A stretch of DNA of 64,000 bases from contig BQJR01000002.1 in the NCBI GenBank assembly GCA_021604805.1, forward strand, positions 133,078 to 197,077, in the 5' to 3' direction. The stretch comes from Planctomycetota bacterium. Its GTDB lineage: Bacteria; Planctomycetota; B15-G4. Each line of letters opens with the position of its first letter. Position 1 is the first letter of the stretch. Positions 10,933 to 20,474 of the stretch are shown here, one piece after another. The position numbers were made by a program, and so were the translations under genes. The notes beneath the pieces were generated by a model. That model ran no database searches. It had not been told where the DNA came from and saw nothing but the letters and a program-made list of their open reading frames with translations.

Positions 10933-11288
10933 GAAGCATTCCCTGGTGTTCAGCGCGGCGCGACACCGCGAGGACCTGCGCTTGGCTCGTCTTTCACACA
11001 GGGTGACTTGAACCGAGGCGACCCGCTCAAGCGTCGCAGCGACTCTGCTTCTCGGCCCACATCGGGCGCGCGCGGCCACGTGAGCACGCGCGATCCGCCC
11101 CCTCCCCTGCCTCCCGCAAAACCACGCCGAAACACGCGGCAGCGCCTCGATGGCATCCCTCTCCGCCGCGGATACACTCCGCGCGCGATTTTCGCTGCGC
11201 CGCGCCCCCCGCTCCTCCCGCGAACACTCAGCCGCCTTTTTGAAGCGGCCGCGTGGCCCACACATGCTGCAGCATCCTGAGAGTTCCC

Positions 11289-12995
11289 ATGAAGCCCGCC
11301 CCGTTGTTCACCTCACTCGCGCTCGCCGGCAGCTTGCTGGCCGCGTCCGCCTCCGCCCAACAACCCGGCACCGTGAAGTCGTGGTCCAAGATCGGCTCGG
11401 GCATCGGTGGCTTCAAAGGCACGCTGCAGTTCAACGACTCCTTCGGCCTCGACCTCGCGGCTGTGGGTGACATCAATGGTGACGGCGTCAACGATCTCGC
11501 GGTGGGCAACTCGGGCGACGACGGCAGCTCGTCCACACTCACCGACGACTTCGGCGCCGTGTGGCTGCTGTTCCTGAACCCCGACGGCAGCGTGAAGGGT
11601 CACCAGAAAATCGGCCGCGACGAAGGCGGCTTCACGGCCCCGCTCAAGCGCAGCGATTGGTTCGGCTACGGCGTGGAGCCGGCCGGTGACCTCGATGGCG
11701 ACGGCACCTTCGACCTCTGGATCGGCGCCGGCGGCGACGACCAAGCCGGCTTCGGTCACGGCGCCCTCTACACGCTCTTCATGAACCCCGACGGCAGCGT
11801 GCGCGAACACGTGAAGCAGGTAGACGGCCTCGACTTCCCTGCCGAGGTCGACAACCTCGATCACCTGGGCTTCTCGGTGGCGCGTCTCGAAGACATGGAT
11901 GGCGACGGTGTCGCCGAGGCCGTGGTCGGCGCTGTGTTCGACGACGACGGCGGCTTCACCGCGGGCGCCTTCTACCTCCACTTCATGAACGCCGACGGCA
12001 CGATCAAGTCCACCACCAAGGTGTCGACGCTCACCGGCGGCGTGGTGCCCGAACTCGGCGCGCTCGACGAGTTCGGTCGCGCGCTCGCCAACGCAGGCGA
12101 CGTGGACGGCGACGGCCTCGACGACCTCATCGTGGGTGCCTTCGGCGACCCCACCGGCGGCCCGCTCGCCGGCGCCGCCTACCTCCTCTTCATGAACGCC
12201 GACGGCACGGTGCGCAACTTCGTGAAGTACGGCCCGGGCCTGGGCGGCTTCAGCGGCACGATCAACCCGCAAGACCGCTTCGGCGCGTCGGTGGCGGGCG
12301 TGGGCGATCTCAACGCCGATGGCACCGTGGACATCGCGGTCGGCGCGTCACGCGGGCCGTTCTTCGCGCTCGGCGAACAGTCGATCTACATCCTGTTCCT
12401 GCGCCCCGACGGCACGGTGAAGTCGCACACCAAGATCACCACGGGCCTGAGCGGTTTCGACGGCGAGCTCACCGACGGCGATCGCTTCGGCAGCTCGATC
12501 CACTCGATGGGCGACTTGGATGGCGACGGCGTGGTCGAGCTCGCCGTGGGCGCCAACGGCGACGACGAAGGCGGCCTCGAGCGCGGCGCCGTGTGGATGC
12601 TGCGCATGCACGGTGCCAAGACCGCCAACTGGAAGAGCCTGCACGGTGGCTTGCGCGGCAGCGCCGGCAAGCCCCTGCTCGTGGGCGAAGGCGCGCTGCA
12701 AGGTGGCGACGCGGGAACGCTGCGCGTGTCGGGCGCGCTGCCCGGCGGCACGCTCACGCTGGTGGGCGGCTTCGGACAGCTGAACGCGCCCTTCAAAGGC
12801 GGCGTGATGGTCCCCACCCCCGACGTGCTGCTCAGCGGCTTCTCGGTCGGACCCAGCGGCCGGCTCGTGGTGCCCTTCACGTGGCCCGCCGACTTCCCGC
12901 GCGGCTTCGAGCTCGTGCTGCAGTTCTGGGGCGCCGACCCCGGTGCCGAGCTGGGCTTCGCGGCGAGCAACGGGATGTTGCTCACGCAACCCTGA
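11289..12995 (+). CDS. Secreted FG-GAP repeat protein with shared C-terminal domain
   Basis: ATG at 11289 gives a signal peptide (MKPAPLFTSLALAGSLLAASASAQQ). There are seven or more FG-GAP-like repeats (GDINGDGVNDLAVG, GDLDGDGTFDLWIG, EDMDGDGVAEAVVG, GDVDGDGLDDLIVG, GDLNADGTVDIAVG, GDLDGDGVVELAVG). The last ~120 aa resemble the C-termini of four other exoproteins in the window. Confidence 0.85.
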   Translation: MKPAPLFTSLALAGSLLAASASAQQPGTVKSWSKIGSGIGGFKGTLQFNDSFGLDLAAVGDINGDGVNDLAVGNSGDDGSSSTLTDDFGAVWLLFLNPDGSVKGHQKIGRDEGGFTAPLKRSDWFGYGVEPAGDLDGDGTFDLWIGAGGDDQAGFGHGALYTLFMNPDGSVREHVKQVDGLDFPAEVDNLDHLGFSVARLEDMDGDGVAEAVVGAVFDDDGGFTAGAFYLHFMNADGTIKSTTKVSTLTGGVVPELGALDEFGRALANAGDVDGDGLDDLIVGAFGDPTGGPLAGAAYLLFMNADGTVRNFVKYGPGLGGFSGTINPQDRFGASVAGVGDLNADGTVDIAVGASRGPFFALGEQSIYILFLRPDGTVKSHTKITTGLSGFDGELTDGDRFGSSIHSMGDLDGDGVVELAVGANGDDEGGLERGAVWMLRMHGAKTANWKSLHGGLRGSAGKPLLVGEGALQGGDAGTLRVSGALPGGTLTLVGGFGQLNAPFKGGVMVPTPDVLLSGFSVGPSGRLVVPFTWPADFPRGFELVLQFWGADPGAELGFAASNGMLLTQP

Positions 12996-13055
12996 GAACG
13001 GCTGCGACGTACGCGGCCCTTGGGCATCGGCGCCGCGCGCGCATAGGATGAAGGC

Positions 13056-14495
13056 ATGTCCTCCTCGCGCCTTGAAGTCCTGAAGCAACCTGCCACCACG
13101 TCGCAGCGCTGGCGGCGCACGCTCGGAGGCGCGCTCTTCCGCCTGCGTGCGCGCGCTCGGCTCGGCGCTCGCCACGGAGCCGTCGCTCTGCTCACGCTGA
13201 GTCTCGGCGTGGCTTGTGGCGACGCGCCCGCGCGCAGCGAGTCCCCCACCCCGCGCGTGGTGCTCATCACGCTCGACACCCTGCGCGCCGACGCTCTGCT
13301 CGACGAGAACCCGAGCATGCCCAAGCTCGCCGCGCGCGCGCAGCAGGGCCTCAACTTCACCGACTTCTGGTCGGCCTGCACGACCACGCAGCCCGCACAC
13401 GCGAGCCTCTTCACCGGCCTGCATCCCTGGGAGCACGGCGTGCACGCCAACGGCTTGGTGCTGGCCGACGACGCGCTCACCGTGGCCGAGATCTTCCAAC
13501 TCGCGGGCTGGCGCACCGAGGCCGTGGTGGCCAGCTTCCCGCTCGAAAAGCGCTTCGGCTTCACACAGGGCTTCGACGCCTACGACGACGAGTTCCTCGT
13601 GACACTCAAAGGTGAGTGGGCCGGCGAAGACGTCGACAACGATCGCTTCTACACGCTCGCGCCCACGATCCTGGAGCGCGCGGGCGCCGTCGTCGAACGC
13701 ACAGCGGGCGAACCGCTCTTCCTGTGGACGCACGCCTTCGACCCGCACGCCCCCTACGGTGACCTGGCCGGCAAACCCGAGCTGCACCTGCGCGCGCTGT
13801 TCAAGGCGGCGCGCAACGCCCCGAGCGAGATGCCTGCCACGCTGGCGCGCGCGCGCGCGCTCTACAACGCCGACGCGCGCGCACTCGACGACGCGCTCGA
13901 CGTCTTCCTCGACACGCTGCTCGACGATCCCGACCACGAGACCCACGTGGTCATCACCGCCGACCACGGTGAGTCCTTCGGCGAAGACATGTCCTTCGGG
14001 CACGGTCGACGCGTGAGTCGCGTGCAGCTGCAAGTGCCCTGCATCGTGTTGTCGTCGAAGGTCTCAGCGGCCGTGCGTGACGACACGGCGGGCAGCGTCG
14101 ACATCCCGCACACCTTGCTCGAACTCGCGGAGCTCGCGAACCCCTTGCGCACGAACGGCCGCAGCTTGTTGTCGCGCGGGAGTGGCGGCGAGCTGCAAGC
14201 TGTCGGGATGCGTCAGACCTTCCCACCCGGTCATGGCGACCCGCAGATCGACGGCACGGAGCTGAGCATCGAGGGGCCGAACTTCTTCGTGGTGCGCGAG
14301 GGTCGTCTGCACGGAGGCGACGCGAACAGCGTGAAGTCGGAGGGCGAACCGCTGCCTGAAGCGGCGCAGGCCTCACTGCGCGAACGCTTCGCCACCTGGA
14401 CCAAGCTCGTGGAAGCAGGCGCCGCGCAAGGTCTCAACGATCCCGAGACCATGGAAGCGATGAAGCAGCTCGGTTACGTGGGCGAGGACGGGTAG
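13056..14495 (+). CDS. Sulfatase-like hydrolase/transferase (alkaline-phosphatase superfamily), probable lipoprotein
   Basis: Lipobox-like LTLSLGVAC. VVLITLDTLRADAL...NFTDFWSACTTTQPAHASLFTGLHPWEHGV matches the sulfatase-family N-terminal metal/nucleophile region. A TTTQPAH segment occupies the place of the canonical CxPxR motif. Also ADHGESFGE. Confidence 0.8.
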   Translation: MSSSRLEVLKQPATTSQRWRRTLGGALFRLRARARLGARHGAVALLTLSLGVACGDAPARSESPTPRVVLITLDTLRADALLDENPSMPKLAARAQQGLNFTDFWSACTTTQPAHASLFTGLHPWEHGVHANGLVLADDALTVAEIFQLAGWRTEAVVASFPLEKRFGFTQGFDAYDDEFLVTLKGEWAGEDVDNDRFYTLAPTILERAGAVVERTAGEPLFLWTHAFDPHAPYGDLAGKPELHLRALFKAARNAPSEMPATLARARALYNADARALDDALDVFLDTLLDDPDHETHVVITADHGESFGEDMSFGHGRRVSRVQLQVPCIVLSSKVSAAVRDDTAGSVDIPHTLLELAELANPLRTNGRSLLSRGSGGELQAVGMRQTFPPGHGDPQIDGTELSIEGPNFFVVREGRLHGGDANSVKSEGEPLPEAAQASLRERFATWTKLVEAGAAQGLNDPETMEAMKQLGYVGEDG

Positions 14496-14508
14496 CGCGG
14501 AGCGCGCC

Positions 14509-15702
14509 TCAAACGGCGACCTTCTCCGCGGCCTCCGTGCACACCTGCTCGAGGATCTCTTCCATCGCGTCGGCACGCGACGCCCAGGAGTAGTGCTCGA
14601 GTACCGTCTCCCGACCCGCCACGCCGAGCGCCACGCGACGCGCTTCGTCGCTGAGCAAGCTCACGACTTCGCGGGCGAACGCGGCGGGCTCCTCGGCGAC
14701 CACGATGTTCACGCCGTCTTTGAGTTTGAGGCCGCCGCAACTCACGGGCGTGGCCACCACCGGCCGCTGCATGGCCCAGGCCTGCAGGATCTTGTTCTTG
14801 ATGCCCGCGCCGCGGCGCAAGGGGCACACGAACACCGAAGCCTTGTCGACCCAAGGGCGCACGTCGTCCACGAACCCTGTGACAGTGACGCCCGGGAGTT
14901 CGCCCAGCGCCTGCACCTCGGGTGTGGGGTTCTTGCCCACGATGAAGACCTTGAGTTCGGGCAGCTCGGCTCGGATCAGCGGCAAGGTGTCGGCGCAGAA
15001 GGACACGATGCCTTCCACGTTGGGCTCGAAGTTCATCGCGCCTTCGAAGACCACGCTGGGATGTTCGGGGGGCGTGTCGAGCGGCTTGAACACGTCGGCG
15101 TCGACACCGTTGGGCACCACGCGCACGGCGAGGCGCGGGCAGTTACGGCCCAGCGTCGCCCGGTCGAACTCCGACACCACGGTGCACACGCCGGTGTGTC
15201 GCAGGTACTTGCGCTGGTAGCGCCAGGTGTTGAGCACGTTCTTCAATGCCCAGGCCAGGCGCACCGGGGAACGCGCGCGCTTGAGGTCGGCCACCGCTTC
15301 CTTCACCGCTTCGTCGGCGATGTCACCGAGCGTGGGCAACCCGAGGCGATGGCTGTGCACGAGCATCTTGGCGCCGGAGGTCCAGCACACGTCGATGCCT
15401 TCGCGCTGCACGACTTCGCTCGCGGCGGCGAAGACCGCGGGGTCGTTGTCGAAGACCTGGTCCACGTCGAGCAGGTGCACGATGCGTTGCGGGATCGAGC
15501 GCTGCTGTTTGGGCGGCGGCGGGATCACGCGCACGCTCTGGAACAACGCGGCGATCTCGTCGGGCAGGTCTTCGGCGTGCCCCACCGACACGAGATGGAA
15601 CTCGTGACGCTCGTGGAGCTCGCGCACGTAGTGGTAGTTGTGCAGGTTGTAGCCGTCGTGCAGCGGGAACGGCAGCTTGTGCGTGAGCAACAGGATCTTC
15701 AC
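14509..15702 (-). CDS. Glycosyltransferase, GT4/GT-B family
   Basis: 397 aa with a GTG start. MKILLLTHKLPFP at the N-terminus. C-terminal GT-B motifs (VFVCPLRRGAGIKNKILQAWAMQRPVVATP). Confidence 0.85.
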   Translation of the reverse strand: MKILLLTHKLPFPLHDGYNLHNYHYVRELHERHEFHLVSVGHAEDLPDEIAALFQSVRVIPPPPKQQRSIPQRIVHLLDVDQVFDNDPAVFAAASEVVQREGIDVCWTSGAKMLVHSHRLGLPTLGDIADEAVKEAVADLKRARSPVRLAWALKNVLNTWRYQRKYLRHTGVCTVVSEFDRATLGRNCPRLAVRVVPNGVDADVFKPLDTPPEHPSVVFEGAMNFEPNVEGIVSFCADTLPLIRAELPELKVFIVGKNPTPEVQALGELPGVTVTGFVDDVRPWVDKASVFVCPLRRGAGIKNKILQAWAMQRPVVATPVSCGGLKLKDGVNIVVAEEPAAFAREVVSLLSDEARRVALGVAGRETVLEHYSWASRADAMEEILEQVCTEAAEKVAV

Positions 15703-15954
15703 GACGAAGCCGAGCGTGCAGGAGCGGAACCTCGGACGAGCGATCGTCCAGTGGGAGGCATCGAGGCGAGTCTACAGCTCACGAGCGCCCGATTCGATGC
15801 GCGTGCCGCGTGACTCGCGTGACGCTGTGGTTAGGATTTCAGCCGTCGGGCGCCGCGGTCCGATGAGGACCCCTTTCGCCCGGCCGCTCGCCGCCTCTCC
15901 CGGCCTCGCGCCGCATCCCGTCCGCATCCGCCCCCGCTTCGCTCGAAGGTTCCC

Positions 15955-16821
15955 ATGGCCCGCCCCGACCGGCTCGTCTGCTACTTCGGCCACCACAAGA
16001 GCGCGTCCACCTGGATCCACACGATCCTGAGCACGCTCTGCGACGAGGCCGGCCTGCGCTGCGCCTACCTCGCCAACGAAGGTATGTTCGACGGCGACCT
16101 GCCCGGCTGGGTGCGCGCCAACGACCCCGACGTGCTCTGCTACGTGAACGCCGATTGGGAGCACGTGAAGCCGCTCGCCGCCGAGCGCGAGATCGTGGGT
16201 GTGCACGTGGTGCGCGACCCGCGCGACATCCTCACGAGCGCGTACTTCAGTCATCTTCATTCGCACAAGACCGGCGCCTGGCCCGCGCTCGTGGAGCACC
16301 GCAAGAAGTTGCAGTCGCTCGAGAAGGATGACGGCCTGCTCGCCGAGTTCGACTTCAACGCCGACGTGTTCGGCCACATGGCGGGTTGGAACTACGAGCA
16401 ACCGAACGTGCTCGAGTTGCGCATGGAAGACTTCACGCCGGACCCGCTCAACGGCTTCGTGGACTTCTTCCGTCACCTCGACCTGATCGACGAAACGCAC
16501 TGGGGCAAGCCGCGCCAACTCGGCTGGTTCCTACGCAGCTCGCTCAACATCTTGGGCGCCAAGACCGCCATGCCGCTGCGCTTCCCCACGCCGCGCGTGC
16601 CCGCCGAACGCCTGCTCGGCATGGTCCACGACAACCGCTTCGAGACCAAGACCAAGGGCCGCGCCGAAGGCCAGGAAGACGTGAAGTCGCACTACCGCAA
16701 GGGCCTCGCAGGCGACTGGCGCAACCACTTCAAGCAGCAACATGTCGACGCGTTCCACGCGCGGTACGACGAGCTGTTGCTGAAGCTGAAGTACGAGGAG
16801 AGCGCGCACTGGGGCCTGTGA
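15955..16821 (+). CDS. Sulfotransferase family protein
   Basis: PAPS-binding-like 5' motif FGHHKSASTW, then VVRDPRDILTSAYFS, and a C-terminal YRKGLAGDWRNHF typical of sulfotransferases. Confidence 0.8.
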   Translation: MARPDRLVCYFGHHKSASTWIHTILSTLCDEAGLRCAYLANEGMFDGDLPGWVRANDPDVLCYVNADWEHVKPLAAEREIVGVHVVRDPRDILTSAYFSHLHSHKTGAWPALVEHRKKLQSLEKDDGLLAEFDFNADVFGHMAGWNYEQPNVLELRMEDFTPDPLNGFVDFFRHLDLIDETHWGKPRQLGWFLRSSLNILGAKTAMPLRFPTPRVPAERLLGMVHDNRFETKTKGRAEGQEDVKSHYRKGLAGDWRNHFKQQHVDAFHARYDELLLKLKYEESAHWGL

Positions 16822-17372
16822 CTGACACGCCGACGAAGTTCAGCCCCGCGGCGCGCGCGTTGCTGATCGCGTTGGCTGTCGCCGGTGGACGAGCCGTGGT
16901 CTTCGTGGCGCTGGGCAATGAGGTCGACGACGCCGTCGGCGGCTCGCTCACCATCGGCTACGGCTTGGTCACGTCACTGATCACCATGGTGCTGCTGTTC
17001 TTCTTTGCGTGGCTCGCGCTACGTGGCAAGGAAAGCCGAGCCGTGCGCGGAGTGCTCTGGACCTTCGCCGCACTGATCAGCTTGTGGACGGCGCGAACCG
17101 TGGTGCTCATGGAGCTCGACCGCCGAGCCTACGCCGCGGCGCGCGACCCCGACGCCACGCCCGAGCGCCTGCACGAACTCGACTTGAACGATTCGATCGT
17201 GAGGTGGCGCGTGGCGTCCAACCCAGCGAGCCCACCGGACTTATTGCGCGAACTGAGCGAGCTGCGCTTCGTGTCACGCAGCGTGCGCGCAAAGCTCGAG
17301 CGCCACCCGAACACGCCCGCCGACCTGCGCGCCGAGCTGCGCGCCGAGCTCGCCGCACGCGAGGCGCGCTGA
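16818..17372 (+). CDS. Membrane protein with C-terminal leucine-rich-repeat-variant-like motifs
   Basis: Starts at a GTG that overlaps the sulfotransferase stop (GTGA), within ORF 16386..17372. Three or four TM helices, then ASNPASPPDLLRELS and ERHPNTPADLRAEL repeats. The upstream part of the ORF overlaps the sulfotransferase gene and is Arg-rich. Confidence 0.6.
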   Translation: MTDTPTKFSPAARALLIALAVAGGRAVVFVALGNEVDDAVGGSLTIGYGLVTSLITMVLLFFFAWLALRGKESRAVRGVLWTFAALISLWTARTVVLMELDRRAYAAARDPDATPERLHELDLNDSIVRWRVASNPASPPDLLRELSELRFVSRSVRAKLERHPNTPADLRAELRAELAAREAR

Positions 17373-17376
17373 CGGT

Positions 17377-17925
17377 TCAGTGGCTGCTGAACGAGCGCCA
17401 GGGCGCGCCCGGCGGCGGCGCGTGCACCACGGACTGCTCGTCGCCGAAAGTGACCCAACCGACAAGGCTCTCGTCGCCACGACTGGTGCTCACGCTGCCG
17501 TCGGGATGGACACGCACGCGCAAGTGGTCGCCCACGCGCAGCACCACCGGGAAGAGCATGCGTGTGTCGTCGGGCAAGCGCAGCAGGCAACCGATCTCGC
17601 CCGCGCCCGTGGGGCCGCCGCCGCCCAGCGCGCGCCCGTGCATCACCGGGATCACGCCGAACTCGCGCTGCGTTCCGGGCACGATGTTGTGCTTCGCGTT
17701 GCCCGCACCGCCTTCGAGATCGGCGACTCCGGGCGCCAGGTGCTGGAAGCCCACGGCGACGTCTGAGTCGTTCTGCACGTGCAGCGTGGCCCAGTGGTCG
17801 CCACGATCCGTCCACGGATAGGTGAGTTCGCGCCAGCTGGCGAGGAAGAGCGCGAGGTAGCCGAGCAGCGCCACCGTCGCGACCGCCGCAGCGGCGAACT
17901 TCAGCAGCTTGACCACGGCGGCCAT
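17377..17925 (-). CDS. Hypothetical membrane-anchored protein
   Basis: 182 aa with an ATG start and an N-terminal TM helix (AAAVATVALLGYLALFLA). Composition is not Arg-biased. I recognise no family. Confidence 0.6.
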   Translation of the reverse strand: MAAVVKLLKFAAAAVATVALLGYLALFLASWRELTYPWTDRGDHWATLHVQNDSDVAVGFQHLAPGVADLEGGAGNAKHNIVPGTQREFGVIPVMHGRALGGGGPTGAGEIGCLLRLPDDTRMLFPVVLRVGDHLRVRVHPDGSVSTSRGDESLVGWVTFGDEQSVVHAPPPGAPWRSFSSH

Positions 17926-17990
17926 GGACTCACTCCCGAGGGATTGGACGGCGCTGCGAGTCTACACGCGTTTCGAACTTCGGGTGCGCA

Positions 17991-18027
17991 GCGCCGCACG
18001 CCGCCGCACGCCGCCGCACGCCGCACG
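17991..18027. repeat. About 3.5 tandem copies of a 10-nt unit (CCGCCGCACG)
   Basis: Read directly: gcgccgcacg ccgccgcacg ccgccgcacg ccgcacg. Intergenic, between the genes at 17377-17925 and 18036-19247. Confidence 0.7.
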
Positions 18028-18035
18028 CCCCGCGC

Positions 18036-19247
18036 TCAGAACATCTCCATCATCCACGGCCCGTTGCCGGCGAAGAGCGCGCCGAGTCGATCCAAGCTCT
18101 CGGGCGGGCCGTGCAGCAAGCCCTGACGCGCCGCCGCGCGGGGCGTGCTGAAGCCGCCGAAGACGGCGGCGGCGCCGCGCTCGCTGAGTTCGATCTCGCC
18201 GTTGCCGCCGGGTTCGACCTGGGCGACGCCGTCGGCCACGCGCAGGATCCAGTTGCCGGTGTGCGCGTCGCAGAGATCGTCGTTGAGACGCAACGAGACT
18301 TCGGCCGACAGGCCCGGCGCGTAACCGCGCGCGCGCAACACGGCGGGCAAGTCGAGCACGCGATTCATCCACGGCATGAACAGGCGCGAGCTCGGACGCC
18401 ACTCGGACAGCAGGCCGAGCAACTCCGGGTGCGCCGCGCCGTGCAGCGTGACCTTGCCCGCGAGCGACGCGTGCGTGGAGAGAAACGCGAGCAGCCGCTG
18501 CCCGGCTTCGTGTTCGCGCACGACCAGATCGGTGAGCACGAGGTCGTAGCCGATGTGCCCGTCGGTGCGCTTGGGCTGACGCAGCGACAAGTACGCGCCG
18601 AGGCCGTCGCTGCCCTCCACGAGGTAATGCCGCGACGTGTCGCCGCGCGGTGAGCGCACGCGCTGCCAGATGTAGTCGCCGCGATCGAGCGTGCCGTCGT
18701 GTTCGCGGGCGGCGGCGCTCTGTGCGCGTTCCATCTCGGCGTAGTCGTCGGTCGTGCCTGGGCGCACGCTGAGTTCGCCCGAGCGCTGCGTCCAACTGTC
18801 GAGCGGGAGTTCGTGTTCGAAGCGCTGGCCCGCGAGCTCGTAGCCGCCCGAGCGATAGAGCGGGACGGTGGCCGGGTAGAGCGCCGAGAGCACCGCGCCG
18901 CGCGACGCCATGTAGGCCACGCTGCCGCGCACGAGCGCGCGACCGAAACCCTCGCCGCGACGTTCGGGCGCGATGCCCACCGCCGCCACGCCGCACATCG
19001 GCACGGAGCGTCCACCGAAGTGCTGCCCCATGTCGATCAGGATCAACCCGCCGACGACCTCGCCGCCGTGCCGCAGCACGACCAGCGGGTCCATGTCTTG
19101 CGCTTCGAGCAGCGCGCGCAGGTCGGCTTCGGGAATGCCGAAGCAGAGCCCCAGGATCGTGCCGAGCGTGTCGCGTTCGGCGGCGTTGGCGGGCTTGCCG
19201 AGCTCCACGTCGTTGCGGCCCATGGCGGCATTCAAGTCGGTCGTCAT
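18036..19247 (-). CDS. GNAT N-acetyltransferase, Eis-like (GNAT plus SCP2-like C-terminal domain)
   Basis: Starts at an internal ATG (MTTDLNAAMGRNDVELG) of ORF 18036..19934, with an ATGA overlap to the upstream aminotransferase stop. Acetyl-CoA loop GIAPERRGEGFGRALV. ~400 aa, the size typical of Eis-family proteins. Confidence 0.75.
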   Translation of the reverse strand: MTTDLNAAMGRNDVELGKPANAAERDTLGTILGLCFGIPEADLRALLEAQDMDPLVVLRHGGEVVGGLILIDMGQHFGGRSVPMCGVAAVGIAPERRGEGFGRALVRGSVAYMASRGAVLSALYPATVPLYRSGGYELAGQRFEHELPLDSWTQRSGELSVRPGTTDDYAEMERAQSAAAREHDGTLDRGDYIWQRVRSPRGDTSRHYLVEGSDGLGAYLSLRQPKRTDGHIGYDLVLTDLVVREHEAGQRLLAFLSTHASLAGKVTLHGAAHPELLGLLSEWRPSSRLFMPWMNRVLDLPAVLRARGYAPGLSAEVSLRLNDDLCDAHTGNWILRVADGVAQVEPGGNGEIELSERGAAAVFGGFSTPRAAARQGLLHGPPESLDRLGALFAGNGPWMMEMF

Positions 19248-20461
19248 GCGCGTTCCTCCGCGAGCAGTGTCGTGAGCGCGTCGGCCAGCGTGCGCGCGTC
19301 GTCGAGCGTGTTGTAGGCCTGGGCGGACACGCGGATCATGCGCGCGGGCGACGTCGGCCAACCCATCACAGGCACCTCCACGCGCGCGTGTTCCGAGAGG
19401 CGCTCCTGCAAGCCGTTGAGCTGCAAGGCGCCACTGGGTTCGGGCTTCGGATCGGGCGGCAAGGGCAGCGCGGCCATGCAACCGAGCAGTTCGTCGGGGG
19501 CGGGCGCTTCGATCTGCAAGGCCTCGCAGAGCACGTCGCGCATGGCGAGCGCGAGCTCGTGGTTGCGACGCATGTGCTCGTCGAGTCCACCGGGGTAGAG
19601 CGAGCTCAAGAACTCGATCGACGCCGGGATCGCGAGCACGTTCGTGGGATCGTGCGTGCCGGTCCAATCGAAAGACTCGAGGAAGCCCGAGCGATCGCGG
19701 CGCGAACTGTTCGCGTAGTGACTCACCACGCGCGGGCGGATGCGTTCGTGCCAGTCGGGGCGCACCCAGAGATACGCGGCCCCCTTCGGCGCGCACAACC
19801 ACTTGTGAGCGTTGCCGGTGACGAAGGTCGCGCCCGACTCGGCGAGCGACAACGGCAACTGCCCCGGCGCGTGCGCACCGTCCACGAGCAACTCGACCGT
19901 GCGCCCAGTGTCCTCCGCGCGCTCCGCGAGCCAAGCCGCGAAACGCTCCACCGGCAGCCGCAGCGCCGTCTCACTCGTGATGTGATCCACGAGCGCCAAG
20001 CGCGTGCGCTCGCTGACCGCAGCCCGCAAGCCCTCGAGCAGCGCGTCCTCGGAGGGGGCAGGGAACGGAAGCTGCGCCACGACGACCTTCGCCCCGCGCG
20101 CCTCGGCGAACTGACGCGCGGCGTTGTTGCACGCGTTGTAGCCGTGGTTCGTGATCAGCAGCTCGTCGCCCGCTTCGAAAGGGAAGCTGGCGAGCACCGC
20201 GTTCACGCCGGTGGTGGCGTTGGGCACGAAGGCGATCTCGTGCGCGGGCGCGCCGATCACAGGAGCCAGGGCGGCGCGGGCGACGTCGAGCGCAGGCTCC
20301 AAATCGCGTTGAAAGAACTGCACCGGGTTGCGCTCCATGCGCGCGCGCCACTCCTGTTGTGCGTCGAGCACCACGCGCGGGCACGCGCCGAACGAACCGT
20401 GGTTGAGGAAGACGATCTCGGGATCCAGGTCCCAATGCGTGCGCGAGTCGGCGGTGTTCAC
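19244..20461 (-). CDS. Aminotransferase class V (isopenicillin-N epimerase / cysteine desulfurase-like, PLP-dependent)
   Basis: GTG start. FLNHGSFGACP N-terminal motif. PLP-lysine context TGNAHKWLCAPKGAAYLW. Confidence 0.85.
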   Translation of the reverse strand: MNTADSRTHWDLDPEIVFLNHGSFGACPRVVLDAQQEWRARMERNPVQFFQRDLEPALDVARAALAPVIGAPAHEIAFVPNATTGVNAVLASFPFEAGDELLITNHGYNACNNAARQFAEARGAKVVVAQLPFPAPSEDALLEGLRAAVSERTRLALVDHITSETALRLPVERFAAWLAERAEDTGRTVELLVDGAHAPGQLPLSLAESGATFVTGNAHKWLCAPKGAAYLWVRPDWHERIRPRVVSHYANSSRRDRSGFLESFDWTGTHDPTNVLAIPASIEFLSSLYPGGLDEHMRRNHELALAMRDVLCEALQIEAPAPDELLGCMAALPLPPDPKPEPSGALQLNGLQERLSEHARVEVPVMGWPTSPARMIRVSAQAYNTLDDARTLADALTTLLAEERA

Positions 20462-20474
20462 AGGAGAGTTCTCG

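Noticed and set aside
8602-11265. N-terminal extensions of several track ORFs (8602..11265, 18036..19934, 38329..39867, 6658..7653, 2418..3530, 30751..31179, 20852..21727, 58942..60996, 49031..51904)
   Set aside because: The upstream portions are Arg/Pro/Ala-rich, often overlap the neighbouring gene, and precede an internal start that gives a proper signal peptide or family-typical N-terminus. Genes were trimmed to the internal starts.
12348-14033. 561-aa minus-strand ORF spanning two plus-strand genes
   Set aside because: It crosses the intergenic gap between the FG-GAP and sulfatase-like genes. It has an antisense composition (Arg/Gly/Glu/Val) and no motifs.
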